Shown here piece by piece: positions 1-12,844 of a DNA stretch of 64,000 nt (its first letter is position 1; each line of letters begins with the position of its first letter). A program made the position numbers and the translations under genes. The notes beneath the pieces were generated by a model. That model saw only the letters and a program-made list of their open reading frames with translations. It was not told where the DNA came from and ran no database searches. The stretch lies in contig NC_043008.1 in the NCBI RefSeq assembly GCF_006345805.1, forward strand, positions 55,614,001 through 55,678,000, read 5' to 3'. This stretch comes from Octopus sinensis (lineage: Eukaryota).

Positions 1-260
1 TCAATGCTGAAAATTTGTTGTTCTGTCTGTACATCAGAGGGTGAAGAGGAAGAAGTTGACTTACCTCTGATTTTCAAAAACGTGGGGAGTAGTGCCACAG
101 ATCAAGGTCCAAAGACATTGACGTATTAATTCTTGGTCTGTTATTGCATTTACATGAGAGTACAAACATGTGTTAACCATGGAGGCGACCCCCAATAACA
201 TGTAGTTCATGTGGGGGCCTGCATGCAGCTCTAGTTCATGATAAAATCCATGCCCCTGTT
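1..260. other. Candidate host coding exon (unique, GC-richer sequence)
   Basis: A minus frame is open from about 258 off the window edge (GHGFYHELELHAGPHMNYMLLGVASMVNTCLYSHVNAITDQELIRQCLWTLICGTTPHVFENQ), with a strong AG|GTAAGT donor at about 65. A plus frame (EGEEEEVDLPLIFKNVGSSATDQGPKTLTY*) is also open to 129. Product not recognised. Confidence 0.3.
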
Positions 261-326
261 CCTTCTATCTGGAGCTGTACCTTATTGAGGGAACATAGGA
301 GAGGGAATAAATATAACAGAAGCAAT

Positions 327-720
327 GGAGTGGCTGTGTGGTAAGTAGCTTGTTTACCAACCACATGGTTCCGGGTTCAGTCCCACTGTGTGGCACCTTG
401 GGCAAGTGTCTTCTACTATAGCCTCGGGCCGACCAAAGCCTTGTGAGTGGATTTGTTAGACGGAAACTGAAAGAAGCCCATCGTATATATATATATGCGT
501 GTGTGTGTTTGTGTGTCTGTGTTTGTCCCCCTAGCATTGCTTGACAACCGATGCTGGTGTGTTTATGTCCCTGTTACTTAGTGGTTCAGCAAAAGAGACC
601 GATAGAATAAGTACTGGGCTTACAAAAGAATAAGTCCCGGGGTCGAGTTGCTCGATTAAAGGCGGTGCTCCAGCATGGCCGCAGTTAAATGACTGAAACA
701 AGTAAAAGAGTAAAAGAGAG
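327..720 (+). mobile_element. SINE family A (tRNA-derived, CORE-like; resembles octopus OR-type SINEs), full length
   Basis: A box TGGCTGTGTGG, B box GGTTCAGTCCC, CORE-like ACCTTGGGCAAG, central (TA)/(TG) tract and (TAAAAGAG)n tail. More than 20 related copies in the window. Confidence 0.9.
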
Positions 721-1080
721 AGTAATGTGGCCGATATTGGTGTCACATAAGTAGCACCCACTTCGGTGGCATGTAAAAAGCACCTTTTGAGTGTTGGGCC
801 TCACAGAAGCAATGATAAGTGACCAAGACCTTCGGCAATATGCCATGCTTGAGTAAAAGACCCATCAAGCTGAGTGAAATTGTAGACGTGACAAATACTG
901 GTGTCACGCTAATGGCACCTGTGCCAGTGGCATATAAAAGAACCCTTTACACTCTTGGAGTGATTGGCATTAGGAAGAGCATCCAGCCATAGGAACCATG
1001 CCAAATCAGACTGGAGTCAAGCCACCCAACCCATACCAGCATGGACAATGGATATAAAATTTTGATGATGATGATGACGG
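721..1080 (+). mobile_element. Repeat family B (RTE-type 3' end, (GAT)n tail)
   Basis: Shared block GGCATTAGGAAGxGCATCCAGC...CCAACCCATxCCAGCATGG followed by (GAT)n; recurs at many loci. Confidence 0.8.
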
Positions 1081-1197
1081 TGGTGTGGAGTAGAAGGCCT
1101 AATTGTTACATGTGTCATGGCAAAGTAAAGGTTACTTGAGAACCGTCTGTCCAGAAGAAGAGGGAAAAGAATAGAGTAACACACAACAGCAACAGAA

Positions 1198-1600
1198 GTG
1201 GAGGCACAATGGCCCAATGGTTAGGGCAGCGGACTCGTGGTTGGAGGATTGCAGTTTCAATTCCCAGACTGGGCGTTGTGTGTGTTTATTAAGTGAAAAC
1301 ACCTAAAGCTCCACCAAGGCTCCGGCAGGGGGTGGTGGCGACCCTTGTTGTACTCTTTTGCTCCAACTTTCTCTCACATTTTCTTCCTGTTTCTTGTCCC
1401 CGACTTCCTACGCAACTGCTGAGCCTGGATGCGCATTCATCCATCCGTCGATGCTCTCGGTGTCGGGGGTTGACCTGCTTTCTCTTCTGCGGGTTTTACG
1501 AATAGCAAAGGACCGCGTTTCGGACTTCTCCCATCTTGCGAGCTCTGGGACGAAGACCGTTCGCTCAACAGCAACAGCAGCATCAACAGCAGCAGCAACA
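1198..1600 (+). mobile_element. SINE family C (tRNA head) with tail variant 1, (CAG/CAA)n end
   Basis: Head GGAGGCACAATGGCCCAATGGTTAGGGCAGCGGACTCG...TTTCAATTCCCAGAC, shared with 4973, 6133, 22060 and 47913. Confidence 0.85.
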
Positions 1601-2021
1601 GAAGGAACTCCATAGTTGAAGACTATGCTTTGTTTCTAGAGAACCATTTCTGTGACTCAGAATGGAAGAAAATTAATGGACTCATCTTTATTGTTGGTAG
1701 CACCAAGGGCCACCAATAACAGAAAATTCAGAATCATTCTCATTTTGTACTGGAATAGCCATTGGCTACAAATGTCAGGATGTTCCCCACCATCTCAAAC
1801 TGATGGTGGTGGGCAGACAGAAACTGGAGAATGATGGGAAACTGTTGGAGAGTCAAAAGAAAAGAAAGAGGGTCCCCACCCACAAAATATGTGTTTGTGT
1901 GTGTGTATATGCATAACTTACTCAAGATACCATGCAGTGGAACTGAACCCAAAGCTATCTAGTTGCAAAATAAACTTCTTTACCACTCAGCCATGCCTGT
2001 ACACACAAACACAAACACATA

Positions 2022-2058
<37 letters not shown>

Positions 2059-2131
2059 ACACACATACACACACATATATATATCTAAGTCTCTTGTAAA
2101 TTAGAAGAAATTTTTGTTCGTGCTGTTGTTG

Positions 2132-2166
<35 letters not shown>

Positions 2167-2482
2167 GTTATGTAGTGCAAGGGGAAGGGCATTAATAAAA
2201 TAACAAAAACAGTCAATATGTAACATTGTATAGGTGACAAGTGCTTCATTATCTTGCACCACTGAGTTCAAATCTGCTCATGGAGTGTGAGAAAGCAGCA
2301 GGAAACCTCCTTCAGTACCAAAATCTTAACCCAGTTTTCAAACACATTGAATTGTTCAAAGAGATTTATCCTCCTGATCAGGATACCAATCTATGACAGA
2401 TTTATGCCGTTGTATATAAACTTATCAACTCCGTAATGCTCCTGCTCTTTATAGCATTGACCCTTACTATTTTCTAGTTCAC

Positions 2483-3010
2483 AGGTGTGGCTGTGTGGTA
2501 AGAAGTTTGCTTCCCAACTACAAGGTTCTGGGTTCAGGCCCACTGCATGACACCTTAGGCAAGTGTCTTCTGCTATAGATCCAGGCCAACCAAAGCCTTA
2601 TGAGTGGATTTGGTAGACAGAATCTGGAAGAAGCCCATAACATACAATTGTGCATGTGTCTTTATATTTGTGTTCGTCCCCTGCCATTACTGGACAACTG
2701 GTATTGGTTTGTTTGTGTCTCCATAACTTAGCAGTTTGGCAAAAAGCCTGGTACTTATTCTATCGCTCTCTTTTGCCAAACCGCTAAGTTACGGGAACGT
2801 AAACACACCAGTATCGGTTGTCAAGCAATGTTGAGGGGACAAACACAGACACACAAACATATACACACACATACATATATACGACAGGCTTCTTTCAGTT
2901 TCTGTCTACCAAATCCACTCACAAGGCTTTAGTTGGCCTGAAGCTATAGTAGAAGACACTTGCCCAAGATGCCACGCAGTGGGACTGAAGCCAGAACCAT
3001 GAGGTTCTTG
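2483..3010. mobile_element. Two family A SINEs tail to tail (plus 2483-2750, minus 2750-3010)
   Basis: Family A head on plus at 2483; reverse-complement body and head at 2750-3010. Confidence 0.8.
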
Positions 3011-3333
3011 ACTATTTTTAAAAATCTATGGACCCCTTTGATTATCATTTTATTTTGGTGGACGCCCATAGCTATTTGATGTTTATAAACAAGTTTTATA
3101 GTAATATTTTTCAAAATTCCTTTTTTATTTTTCACACATTAACTTGTGTAGGTTGAATTGCATATAACATTCATGAAAGGAATCTAGCTGTTTCTTGCAA
3201 TATGTACTAATACATACGTCTAAAGCAGGTTTGGGGTAACTTTTTAATGCAGTGGGAAAAAAATTTCCAAAGAAAAAGGTCTGCAGACGGACCACAAGAT
3301 CTAACTCTTATATCTGTGTAGATCTTGTATATA

Positions 3334-3597
3334 AATAAATAAATAAATGCACCCTTTTAAAGCCTAGCCAGGCTCATGGGCCCAGTTTCCCGGTTTCTAT
3401 GGCGTATGTGTTCCTCAGTTGGATGGGATGCCAGTCCATCACAGCGTTACTCATTTTTGCCAACTGAGTGGACTGGAGCAATGTGAAATGAAGTGTTTTA
3501 CTCAAGAACATAACGCGTCGCCCGGTCCCGGAATCGAAACCACAATCTTACGATCATGATGCTGACACCCTAACCACTAAGCCACAGGCCTCCACAA
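3334..3597 (-). mobile_element. SINE family D (tRNA head, (AAAT)n tail) with 12-bp TSD
   Basis: Minus strand reads TGTGGAGGCCTGTGGCTTAGTGGTTAGG...GTTTCGATTCC. ATCTTGTATATA is duplicated at 3322-3333 and 3598-3609. Confidence 0.9.
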
Positions 3598-3976
3598 ATC
3601 TTGTATATATCTATGTATAATTTGATATACATTAACAAAGATAAGTTTAACACATTAAATTAATATGTAACATCTTCATTAATGCCACTGAATTTAGGAC
3701 ATTTATATCACTTATGAGGTTTCTATATTTTTCAGCTAGAGTGTAGCTGGGTCTCAAGGGGGTGATACAAACCTAGCAATATGTGTTTTAGAGTGAAAAC
3801 AAGATTTCCACTCAAATGGCAATTACTAGGCGATTTTATAGTAATATTCAAGTCTAATCATTTTAAGTCATAGTGGAAATGAGATCTACTTCATAAATAG
3901 GCATACGAATATTGTATAAATTTTATAATTGAAAAATTTACTATATTTTGTACATGTGAGTATATCAACCTGCAGA

Positions 3977-4216
3977 CACAATAAAATGGGCTTGCGGGCA
4001 CAATTGTGCCCATGAGTGGGGGTTTCCTCACCCCTGTTCTAAAGTAATATTTTTTCCAGGGGACTTTAAAATAGTATTTTGTGGCATGGATGCTTCAGCA
4101 CAATAAAATGGGCTTGCAGGCATAATTGTGCCCATGGGTGGGGGTTTCCTCACCCCTGTTCTAAAGTAATATTTTTTCCAGGGGACTTTAAAATAGTATT
4201 TTGTGGCATGGATGCT
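3977..4216. repeat. Tandem duplication, about 122-bp unit x2
   Basis: CACAATAAAATGGGCTTGC...GTGGCATGGATGCT starts at 3977 and 4099 and the two units are near identical. Confidence 0.95.
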
Positions 4217-4375
4217 CCAAAATCTTATACAGATCCTCGAAGGCCATATGGACCCCAGCTGAGAACCACTGCTCTTGTCATTAACCCTCAATTCTCCTCC
4301 CAACATAGTATATTACTATGCCCATAACAGTATATAAACTGCTTACCTTCCAACCAGAAGACCAATACTCTAGAT

Positions 4376-4660
4376 CAGAGGTCCTCAGCCACAATGCCAC
4401 AGACCAGTACTAGGTCATAGATTATTTAGTACCAGGCTGCACAGAAAGAATAAATTTATATATTCTATTTCTGTTTTATTGGATATCACAGTCTGCTGAT
4501 TATTTTTGTATCATATATGTAATATATATGTACTTATATATGTAATAATTAAGTTATGTTATGCACTTTATTGAGTTTTGTTCTGTGCTTCATCCAGGTC
4601 TGTGAAAAATTTGTTTTGCATAAAATTAGTTCATGGTGCAATGAAGTATGGGGACCACTT
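4376..4660 (+). mobile_element. hAT-Charlie (MER1-like) MITE
   Basis: Ends CAGAGGTCCTCA... and ...GGGGACCACT. Subterminal GTCTGTGAAAAATTTGTTTTGC resembles the MER1 3' end. Flanks CTCTAGAT and CATTAGAT fit a degenerate 8-bp nTCTAGAn TSD. Confidence 0.65.
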
Positions 4661-4972
4661 CATTAGATGATAACTGATACATTATCAAGATAACCAACTG
4701 CGATTCTCCTTCATTATATTTTGCAAGCATCTACTTTTTATTCTGCTTGTGTGTTTACTTAAATAAGAATATATGAGTAAAGTAACAAGACTATATTAGT
4801 AACAATGGAATGTTATATAAACATGAAAGTACATGAATGTTTTCATTCTTAAATTATATTATATCAATATCAATGAAATGTTATCAGCTCGAAAATGTTC
4901 AAATTGATTGTTTTATTACATTGTATATCAATAACTGTAAATTATTTGTGCCAAAACTGTTCCAAAAAGAAA

Positions 4973-5275
4973 GGAGGCACAATGGCCCAGTGGTTAGGGC
5001 AGAGGACTCGCAGTCTGAGGATCGCGGTTTCGATTCCCAGACGGGCGTTGTGAATGTTTATTGAGCGAAAACACCTAAAGCTCCACAAGGTTCCGGCAGG
5101 TGGTGGTAGTGACCCCTGTTGTACTCTTTCACCCCAACTTTCTCTCACTCTTTCCTCCTGTTTCTTGAATAACCCTACGATGGACTGGCATCCCGTCCAG
5201 CTGGGGGGAACACATATGCCATAGAAACCGGGAACATGAACCTGGCTAGGCTTAAAATGGGCATATAAATAAATA
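4973..5275 (+). mobile_element. Chimeric SINE: family C head plus family D tail
   Basis: Head matches 1198; the tail ACCCTACGATGGACTGGCATCCCGTCCAG...CCTGGCTAGGCTT matches the D element at 3334-3597. Confidence 0.85.
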
Positions 5276-5392
5276 ATAATAAGTAGAATCTTGTCAACAG
5301 CTGCAAATCATCCCAGTTATGCTTTTACCTCAGCTCTTACTTTGAGTTGTATGGTGATGACAATGATGATGATGATGATGATGATTTACATA

Positions 5393-6984
5393 CAAGGGGT
5401 ATTCATTAAAGATTTCCCCTGACCCACTTCTAGTTATTGCAGGAAATGGAATTTGTACAAATATAATCATACATGTCTCTACATGTCACAATGTAAATCG
5501 CAGCATTTCATAAGAATTCATTTGGCTTTTATGGCTGCTGAAGTGAACTACAGTGTTATAATGGAGGCAGTTGAATGCCGATCAGTGATCAGGTTCTTAT
5601 ACTTGAAAAGTTGTACACCAAAAGAGACTTTCAATTAGATGAAAGAAGGTCATGGTGATGATGCACTATCATATGACACAGTCAAGCACTGGCATCGCCA
5701 GTTCAAATGTATCTGGACATCGGTGGAAACTACTCCTATTCCTGGATAACCACATTTTGCCATTGATGATGACACCATCTATAAATTAGAAGCCGCCATT
5801 TTGGAGGATTACCTCATAACTATTTGGCCACTAGCCCAAAGAAATGAAGATAAGTGTAGGGTCTGTGGAAAAAAAGTCATTCACGACCATTTGCACATGT
5901 GGAAATTGTCTGCACTGGGGATTCCTCGGATGTTCTCACCTTCACAGAAGCAGAAACGAGTCATATGCTTCCAGGCTCTTTTGGCAATGTACCAAGAAAA
6001 CAAGGCATACGTTTTCAGCAGACTTATCACACAAGATGAAATGTGGGTCCATCACTATAATCCTGAGACTAAAGTCCAGTTGAAGCAATGGAAGCATAAT
6101 AATTTACCACCTCCAAAGAAGGCAAGGTGATGTGGAGGCACATGGTCTAGTGGTTAGAGCAGCAGATTCGTGGTTGAGGAATCTTGGGTTCAAATCTCAG
6201 ACTGGGCGATGTGTGTGTTTATGAGTGAAACACCTAAGCTCCATGCAGCTCCGGCAGAAGGTAATGGCAAACTTCTGCTGACTCTTTTGCTACAACTTTC
6301 TCTCACTCTTTCCTCCTGCATCTAGCAGCTCACCTGCGATGGACCGGCATCCCATCCAGGTGGGGAACCTATATGCCAAGGAAACTGGGAAATTGGCCCT
6401 TATGAGCCAGGCATGGCTAAAGAAGGAACAAACAAACAATGTGATGCTCACAATCTTTTGGGACCAGCACAGAGTAGTGATGGTGGATTTTCTAGCCAAG
6501 GGTACCACAATTAATGGGGCATATTATGTTTCTCTGCTGCAGAAATTGCAGGATGCCATCAAAGTTGAGAGGCATGACATGCTGACCAAAGAAGTCTGCC
6601 TCCTCTAAGACAACGCCCCAGTTTACAATGCACATGTTGCTCAGATGAAAGCACACTCCTGTGGCTATGAAATCCTTCCTCATCCCCCTTACTTTCCTGA
6701 CCTCGCAACATCTGACTTCCACCTCTTTCCAACCATGAAGTCTTTTTTGAAGGGGAAGCACTTTTTGGATGATGATGAACTTATTTCCGAGGTAAAGTCT
6801 TGGCTCCAGGCACAACCTACCGACTTCTAGAGATGTCGTCTTCACAGCTGCATAAAGCAATGGGAAAAGTATGTCACCATTGGTGGTGGTTATGTAGAGA
6901 AGGACTAATAATTGTGTCAAGTTTTCATTTATCGCAGTCCTTAGGAAGTGGGTCAGGGGAAATCTTTAATGAACATCCCCTCTG
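5393..6984 (+). mobile_element. Mariner (irritans/Himar1-like, DD34D) fossil interrupted by a SINE
   Basis: About 40-bp TIRs (CAAGGGGTATTCATTAAAGATTTCCCCTGACCCACTTC and its inverse at about 6943-6984), 5' TA. Decayed transposase motifs MEAVECRSVIRFLYLK, ITQDEMWVHHY, MLTIFWD, DNAP and HPPYFPDLATSD. Confidence 0.92.
6133..6440 (+). mobile_element. SINE family C, tail variant 2 ((AAAC)n), inserted in the mariner
   Basis: GTGATG is duplicated at 6127-6132 and 6441-6446, splitting the KVMLTIFWD coding region. Confidence 0.88.
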
Positions 6985-7754
6985 TGTGTGTGTGTGTGTG
7001 TGTGGTGTGTGTGTGTGTGTGTGTGTGTGCGTGTGTGTGTTTGTTTGTGTGTGTGTCTTCGTTTTTTTTTCCTGCTGGAGCAGAAGTACATATAAAGCTG
7101 TAAATACATAATAGTTTATGAAATATGAGATGGGGAGAAAGTGGACAAAACCACTCCTTGGAATTGAACCGTGTGCCTACCATAGATCAAATGGCTATCA
7201 CGAATCACAAGACATGTGATCTAATACATACATACATACGTATGTACATACATACATACATACATACATACATACATACATACATACATACACACACATA
7301 CATAATACATACATACTTATATACATGCACATACATACATACATACATACATACACACACATACATACACAGACACATACATACAGATATACATGCACAT
7401 ACATACATACATACATACAAACATGTGCACACACTGACACACACATAGACACAGTCACACACAAGCACCTGTTCCTTGCTTGGCTCCAAGGAGCTAGACA
7501 AAAGATCTCACCTGTAAAACTTCCTCCGCCCCATAGTTTTAGAAGGAACTTTTATGTTGCAATGCATTACATCAACAGTTTTGCTAAGTATTGATTGAGT
7601 TACAAGAAATAAACAGAAAGGAAAAGAAAAATAGCTATTATATTACTTCCACCTCTGTTCTAACCAACGTGGTTTCAGATAACTTCTAGAAGCTGACCTC
7701 TTACTAAAAGGCATACATACATACATACCTACCTTTTTTTTATTATTCTACTAT

Positions 7755-7798
<44 letters not shown>

Positions 7799-7926
7799 AA
7801 TAATAAAAAGTAAGTTCTTGGTATGTATATATATATATATATATACATATATATATACACATAGTAGAATAATAAAATGTAAGTTCTTGGTATGTATATA
7901 TGAATATGTATATATGTGTGTGTGTG

Positions 7927-7962
<36 letters not shown>

Positions 7963-7965
7963 TAA
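6985..7965. repeat. Compound microsatellites (GT)n, (TACA)n, (TA)n
   Basis: Direct reading. Confidence 0.95.
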
Positions 7966-8095
7966 TCATCATCATCGTTTAATGTCCGCTTTCCATGCTA
8001 GCATGGGTTGGACGATTTGACTGAGGACTGGCGAACCAGATGGTTGCACCAGGCTCCAATCTTGATCTGGCAGAGTTTCTACAGCTTGATGCCCT
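7966..8095 (-). mobile_element. Family B 3' end
   Basis: (CAT)n CGTTTAATGTCCGCTTTCCATGCTAGCATGGGTTGG. Confidence 0.85.
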
Positions 8096-8112
8096 TCATA
8101 AATATATATATA

Positions 8113-8143
<31 letters not shown>

Positions 8144-8221
8144 ATGTATGTATGTATGTATGTATGTATGTACATCTGTATATATCAACTTACAGTGGAT
8201 ATATTTATATAGTACCTTTAA

Positions 8222-8440
8222 CACTTTAGCATTTAAACTGACCGTTTCCAGTCAGAATATTCTACCTGTTTTATGTTCAAGCCACCCAGATCCAGCCTCT
8301 CACACCTACCCTGCAATGTCATTCTAAAACTAAGCAATTACATCACTGACATCTCAAAGCTATGAATCATGCATGTGTAATGCAAAGCAATATGAATTAA
8401 TAATCACTACATTTGGTATGGTAATCTAAATGCTAAAGAG
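8222..8440. mobile_element. piggyBac-like MITE (family 2); partial inverted copy at about 24450-24645
   Basis: TTAA-CACTTTAGCATTTA...TAAATGCTAAAGAG-TAA inverted ends; internal sequence matches the reverse complement of 24530-24645. Confidence 0.6.
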
Positions 8441-8836
8441 TAAAAGCATGGTTAGAGGTTCAACCCCAACATGAGTACTACTTTAGGCCGGAGTAAGATG
8501 ACCAGTAATCACATGAAATTGCAGGTTTTACATCAGAATGTCTCTCTCCCAAAAGGATGCTGTGACAACAGTAAGGAGACCCTCATTCTTTACGTGGTTT
8601 TACTGTGAGCCCTGATTCCAACCAAAAGTATTTCTGAAACTCAGAGCTCTGGTAGCATACACTAATTGGCCCATGGTTGGGATGCTAATAGGTGCGACTG
8701 TCTCTAGGTCAGTGTAGCCCTAGGAAAAACTGTAGATAAGAAGTGGTTCCACATCTCTCAAAAGCCTGGAATTTCCAAACCAGGGCCCATGATCAGATGT
8801 AGTTCTAAGTCATATCCTGAGTGCACAGACTCGCGT

Positions 8837-8889
<53 letters not shown>

Positions 8890-8924
8890 TGCATACAAAC
8901 ACATACACTCACATGCATAAATAC

Positions 8925-9085
8925 ATGGCTGGATGCCCTTCCTAAATGGTTAGTGTCAGGAAGGGCATCCTGCTGTAAAAAAAAAACCATGCCACATCAG
9001 ACAGTTGGAGTCTGGGCAGCTTCCTGTTAGCCAGCTCCAAGTCAAACCGTCCAACCCATGCCAGCATGGAAAGAGGGCGCTAAAC
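8925..9085 (+). mobile_element. Family B 3' end
   Basis: AGGAAGGGCATCC...CCAACCCATGCCAGCATGG. Confidence 0.75.
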
Positions 9086-9087
9086 GA

Positions 9088-9510
9088 CTCTTTTACTCTC
9101 TTGTTTTACTCTTCTACTTGTTTCAGTCATTTGACTGTGGCCATGCTGGAGCACCGCCTTTAGTCAAGCAAATCGACCCCAGGACTTATTCTTTGTAAGC
9201 CTAGTACTTATTCTATCAGTCTCTTTTGCTGAACTGCTAAGTTACGGGGGCATAAACACACCAGCATCGGTTGTCAAGCAATGTTGGGGGGACAAACACA
9301 GACACACAAACATATACACACACATATACATATATATATACATATATACGACAGGCTTCTTTCAGTTTCCGTCTACCAAATCCACTCACAAGGCTTTGAT
9401 CGGCCCGAAGCCATAGTAGAAGACACTTGCCCAAGGTGCCACATAGTGGGACTGAACCCAAACCCAGAACCATGTGGTTGGTAAGCAAGCTACTTACCAC
9501 ACAGCCACTG
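9088..9510 (-). mobile_element. SINE family A, full length
   Basis: Reverse complement of 327-720. Confidence 0.9.
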
Positions 9511-10119
9511 ATGATGATATACACACACACAATCCATGCCAGCTTGGAAAAAATCATGTTAAATGACGATGACATACATACATAAATACACATGTGTGGA
9601 TTGTGGGGGAGATCCGTTACACCCATCGTAAGTAGCAGCAGCAGCTCCTCCTCTCAACGCCCCCCACCTCATACCACTGTCATGACAACCACCACAAAAC
9701 CAATGCAATAATATAGGAGACTATATGGCTGCATGACACTGAAGAGATGAAAGGCAAAGTTTACCTCACCATGATTTGAAATCAGAGAGCAGGGAACTGG
9801 AACGAATGAAGTCAGATATTTTATCCAAAACCCTAATGACTCAGACAGTTTGTCACCCTAAATAGCAGCTTAATCCTCCTTTAATTACCCCTTACTGTTT
9901 TGGGAAATAAGATGATATATTGGATTATGTAGTCCTTGATACTACATTTCGAAGGATGAAATACTTTTATTTGTTTGAAAGTCATTGGACAGTGGAGCAA
10001 TGTGAAATAGAGTGACTTGTTCAAGAATGCAACACACAGCCCAGTCTGGGAACTGAACTTAGTACCACATGTTTGTGAGCGTGATGCTCTAACCACTGGG
10101 CCATGTAATGTATATGTAT

Positions 10120-10530
10120 TACTCTCTTTTTACTCTTTTACTTGTTTCAGTCATTTGACTGTGGCCATGCTGGAGCACCGCCTTTAGTCGAGCACATCGA
10201 CACCAAGATTTATTCTTTGTAAGCCCAGTACTTATTCTATCGGTCTCTTTTGCCGAACCGCTAAGTTACGGGGACGTAAACACACCAGCATCGGTTGTCA
10301 AGCGATGTTGGGGGGACAAACACAGGCACACAAACATATACACACATATATAAATATATATATACATATATACGACAGGCTTCTTTCAGTTTCCATCTAC
10401 TAAATTCACTCACAAGGCTTTGGTTGGCTTGAGGCTATAGTAGAAGACACTTGCCTAAGGTGGAAAGTAGTGGGATTGAACCCGGAACCATGTAGTTGGT
10501 AAACAAGCTACTTACCACACAGCCACTCCT
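10120..10530 (-). mobile_element. SINE family A, full length
   Basis: Reverse complement of 327-720. Confidence 0.9.
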
Positions 10531-10595
10531 ACGCCTATATATATTATATATTCTTTTATTCTTTTACTTGTTTCAGTCATTTGACTGGGGCCATG

Positions 10596-10702
10596 CTGGA
10601 GCACCACCTTCGTCTGGAGCACTGCCTTCGTCTGGAGTACTGCCTTCAGAGCTGGGGCAACACCTTCGCTGGAACACCACCTTCATTGGAGTACCACCTA
10701 TA
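10596..10702. repeat. 17-20-bp minisatellite x6 amplified from a family A tail motif
   Basis: CTGGAGCACCACCTTCGT-like units directly continue a SINE A tail at 10545-10610. Confidence 0.85.
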
Positions 10703-10714
10703 TTGTAATATATA

Positions 10715-10874
10715 TCATATTTTAATGTGTATAAGGATTCCATTTTTGTCAAAAATTAAGTTAAAGAATATGGGAGTTTCTTACACCTGGATAGTACTAT
10801 AATCCCTTAAAAATCCTTTTTCCAAGTTTTAAGCCTCAAAAATTAGGGGTTTCCTTATACATGTTAAAATATGG
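10715..10874. mobile_element. pogo/Tigger-type MITE
   Basis: Inverted ends CATATTTTAATGTGTATAAGGA and TCCTTATACATGTTAAAATATG, next to a TA. Confidence 0.55.
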
Positions 10875-11535
10875 TGTGTATTATATATGTAATGATTAAA
10901 TTTCATATTATGCACTTCATTGTGTTTTGTTATGAGCCTAATTCCCCACTGGTCTCTAGAAAAATTGTCTTGCGTGAAACTGGAGCAAAGGTTAGGACTG
11001 CTGCTTTATACTGACTAAAAAACTGGATGGTCATAGCTGGATTGTCTTTTTGTTCCAAGGCTTGCAAGATCTGAGCAGACCTGTAGCTAAATAATAACAA
11101 TTTCTCTCACACACATGCACTCTCTCCCTCTCCCCACTTTTCGCTCTTTCTCTTTCTCTCTCTCATCCTTTTTCTCTCTCTCTTTCTCTCCACCCCAGCG
11201 ATCCCATTATCTTGAGCAAGGCTTGTCTCACGTCATGCATGAATTATTTATTCTATGTGGTTGTTGCCATTCCCATGTAACCAGATCCAAGTTGCATGTC
11301 ATTTTACGAAACACAGTACTTCCTTATATGACCTAAAGGAGAAGTCAATCAACACGATATGGGATTGACCAATACGCCAGAAATAGTAACCAAATACCCC
11401 TCAAATTATTCACCACTGTTTTTAAGACAGCAAAATAGCTGAGTCATTAGAGCATCGGACAAAATGCTTTGTGCTGTTTGATTTAGATTTCTGTTCTCTG
11501 AATTCAAATCTCACCGAGTTTGATTTTATTTTTAA

Positions 11536-11927
11536 CTAGCAGTATCGCCCAGCGTTGCTCGAGTTTGTTTCGACCCTTTAGAATTGGAATTTTTGAAAAG
11601 TAAAAATTTTGCATTATGTAGCTTGTTATTCTCTTTAAATGAATATTTTTCTGGTTGAAATACACTGCAAAATGGCGTCACAGCAGTCAAAAAATCGTAA
11701 AAAATCGGGATTTTCATAGAAAAAAAGCACCTTTTTTATGTAAATAATTTTTGGTGTTAACATGGTCCGATTTGAATTTTTTCTTCGACAGAAGGAAGAG
11801 CAAGCCTTCTTCTATCATACTCTCAATTTTGGTTAACTTTTGTCACAGGGTCTCGGAGGAGATAGTGTTAGTTGAAGGCTACCAAACCTGCCATACACAG
11901 ACAACTTCAGCTTTATGTATAGAGAGA
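11536..11927 (-). mobile_element. Non-autonomous Helitron
   Basis: Minus strand: 5' TCTCTCTATACATAAA and 3' GAGCAACGCTGGGCGATACTGCTAG, inserted between A and T. Both termini are shared with 43906-44287. Confidence 0.85.
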
Positions 11928-12844
11928 TTTCTGTGGAATCACAATAAAATGCCAACCCTGGGCAGTGGGTTTGCAAAATAATTAGAACATCACATAAAGA
12001 TACTTTGTAGCTTTTGTTTCAACTCTTTGTTTTCTGAGTTTAAACCCCACAAGGCCACCTGAGCTTTTTTATCCTTTCAGAGCCAATAAAATAAAAGTAC
12101 CAGCACCAGACCATACCAGTGAATTAGTATAACTGTCAGAATAGCAGACCAGATACCTTGTAATAGTTAAAACATCAAGCTGTGTACCATACTTAATGCA
12201 TGTATGCCATTGATAGGCATGTTGCTACACTCTTCGTCTGAGATAAAATTTCTTATAGATGTGATGTCTTTAAAAGTGCAATTGGTAGGAGACAAAAAAA
12301 AAATTCATCCATGCAGCAGCTACTGAGAATACCATATGCATTTCAGCCTTATTGCACCTTGTCAGTGATATGTATCAACAGCCAGTCACATGCTTAGAAT
12401 GTAAATTATACATTCACTGATATTGTGAATAGCTGCTGGGATGAATAAATAATCCAATGTATGCAATTGAAGTGGTATAAAATCAAAACAAAGTTACTGC
12501 ATTTTTCATCTTAGATAAAATCTCTAATGGAGTGTTATGTTTCAAAACACAATACATATCAGAGAAAGACAAAAATTGTCCTGGCACCAGCTAATGAGAA
12601 CGCCAGATACATTTCAGCATTGTTGGGCCTTGTCAGTGATGTGTATGTACAGACAGCCACATTCCTAGATGAGATTTGTTGTCTCCCAAATTATAGGGAA
12701 GAATGAATAATACATTTATTGGTGTTGCAAAGAACCCCTGTTGCCAGGTAGATTTTCCATCTTCCTCTGATATACATTTTCTTTTCAAATACAGCACATC
12801 TATAAGAAATTTTATCACAGATAAAAACAAAAAAACCATAGGCA

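Noticed and set aside
12335-12670. Degenerate direct repeat of about 65 bp
   Set aside because: Too diverged to assign a structure or TSD.
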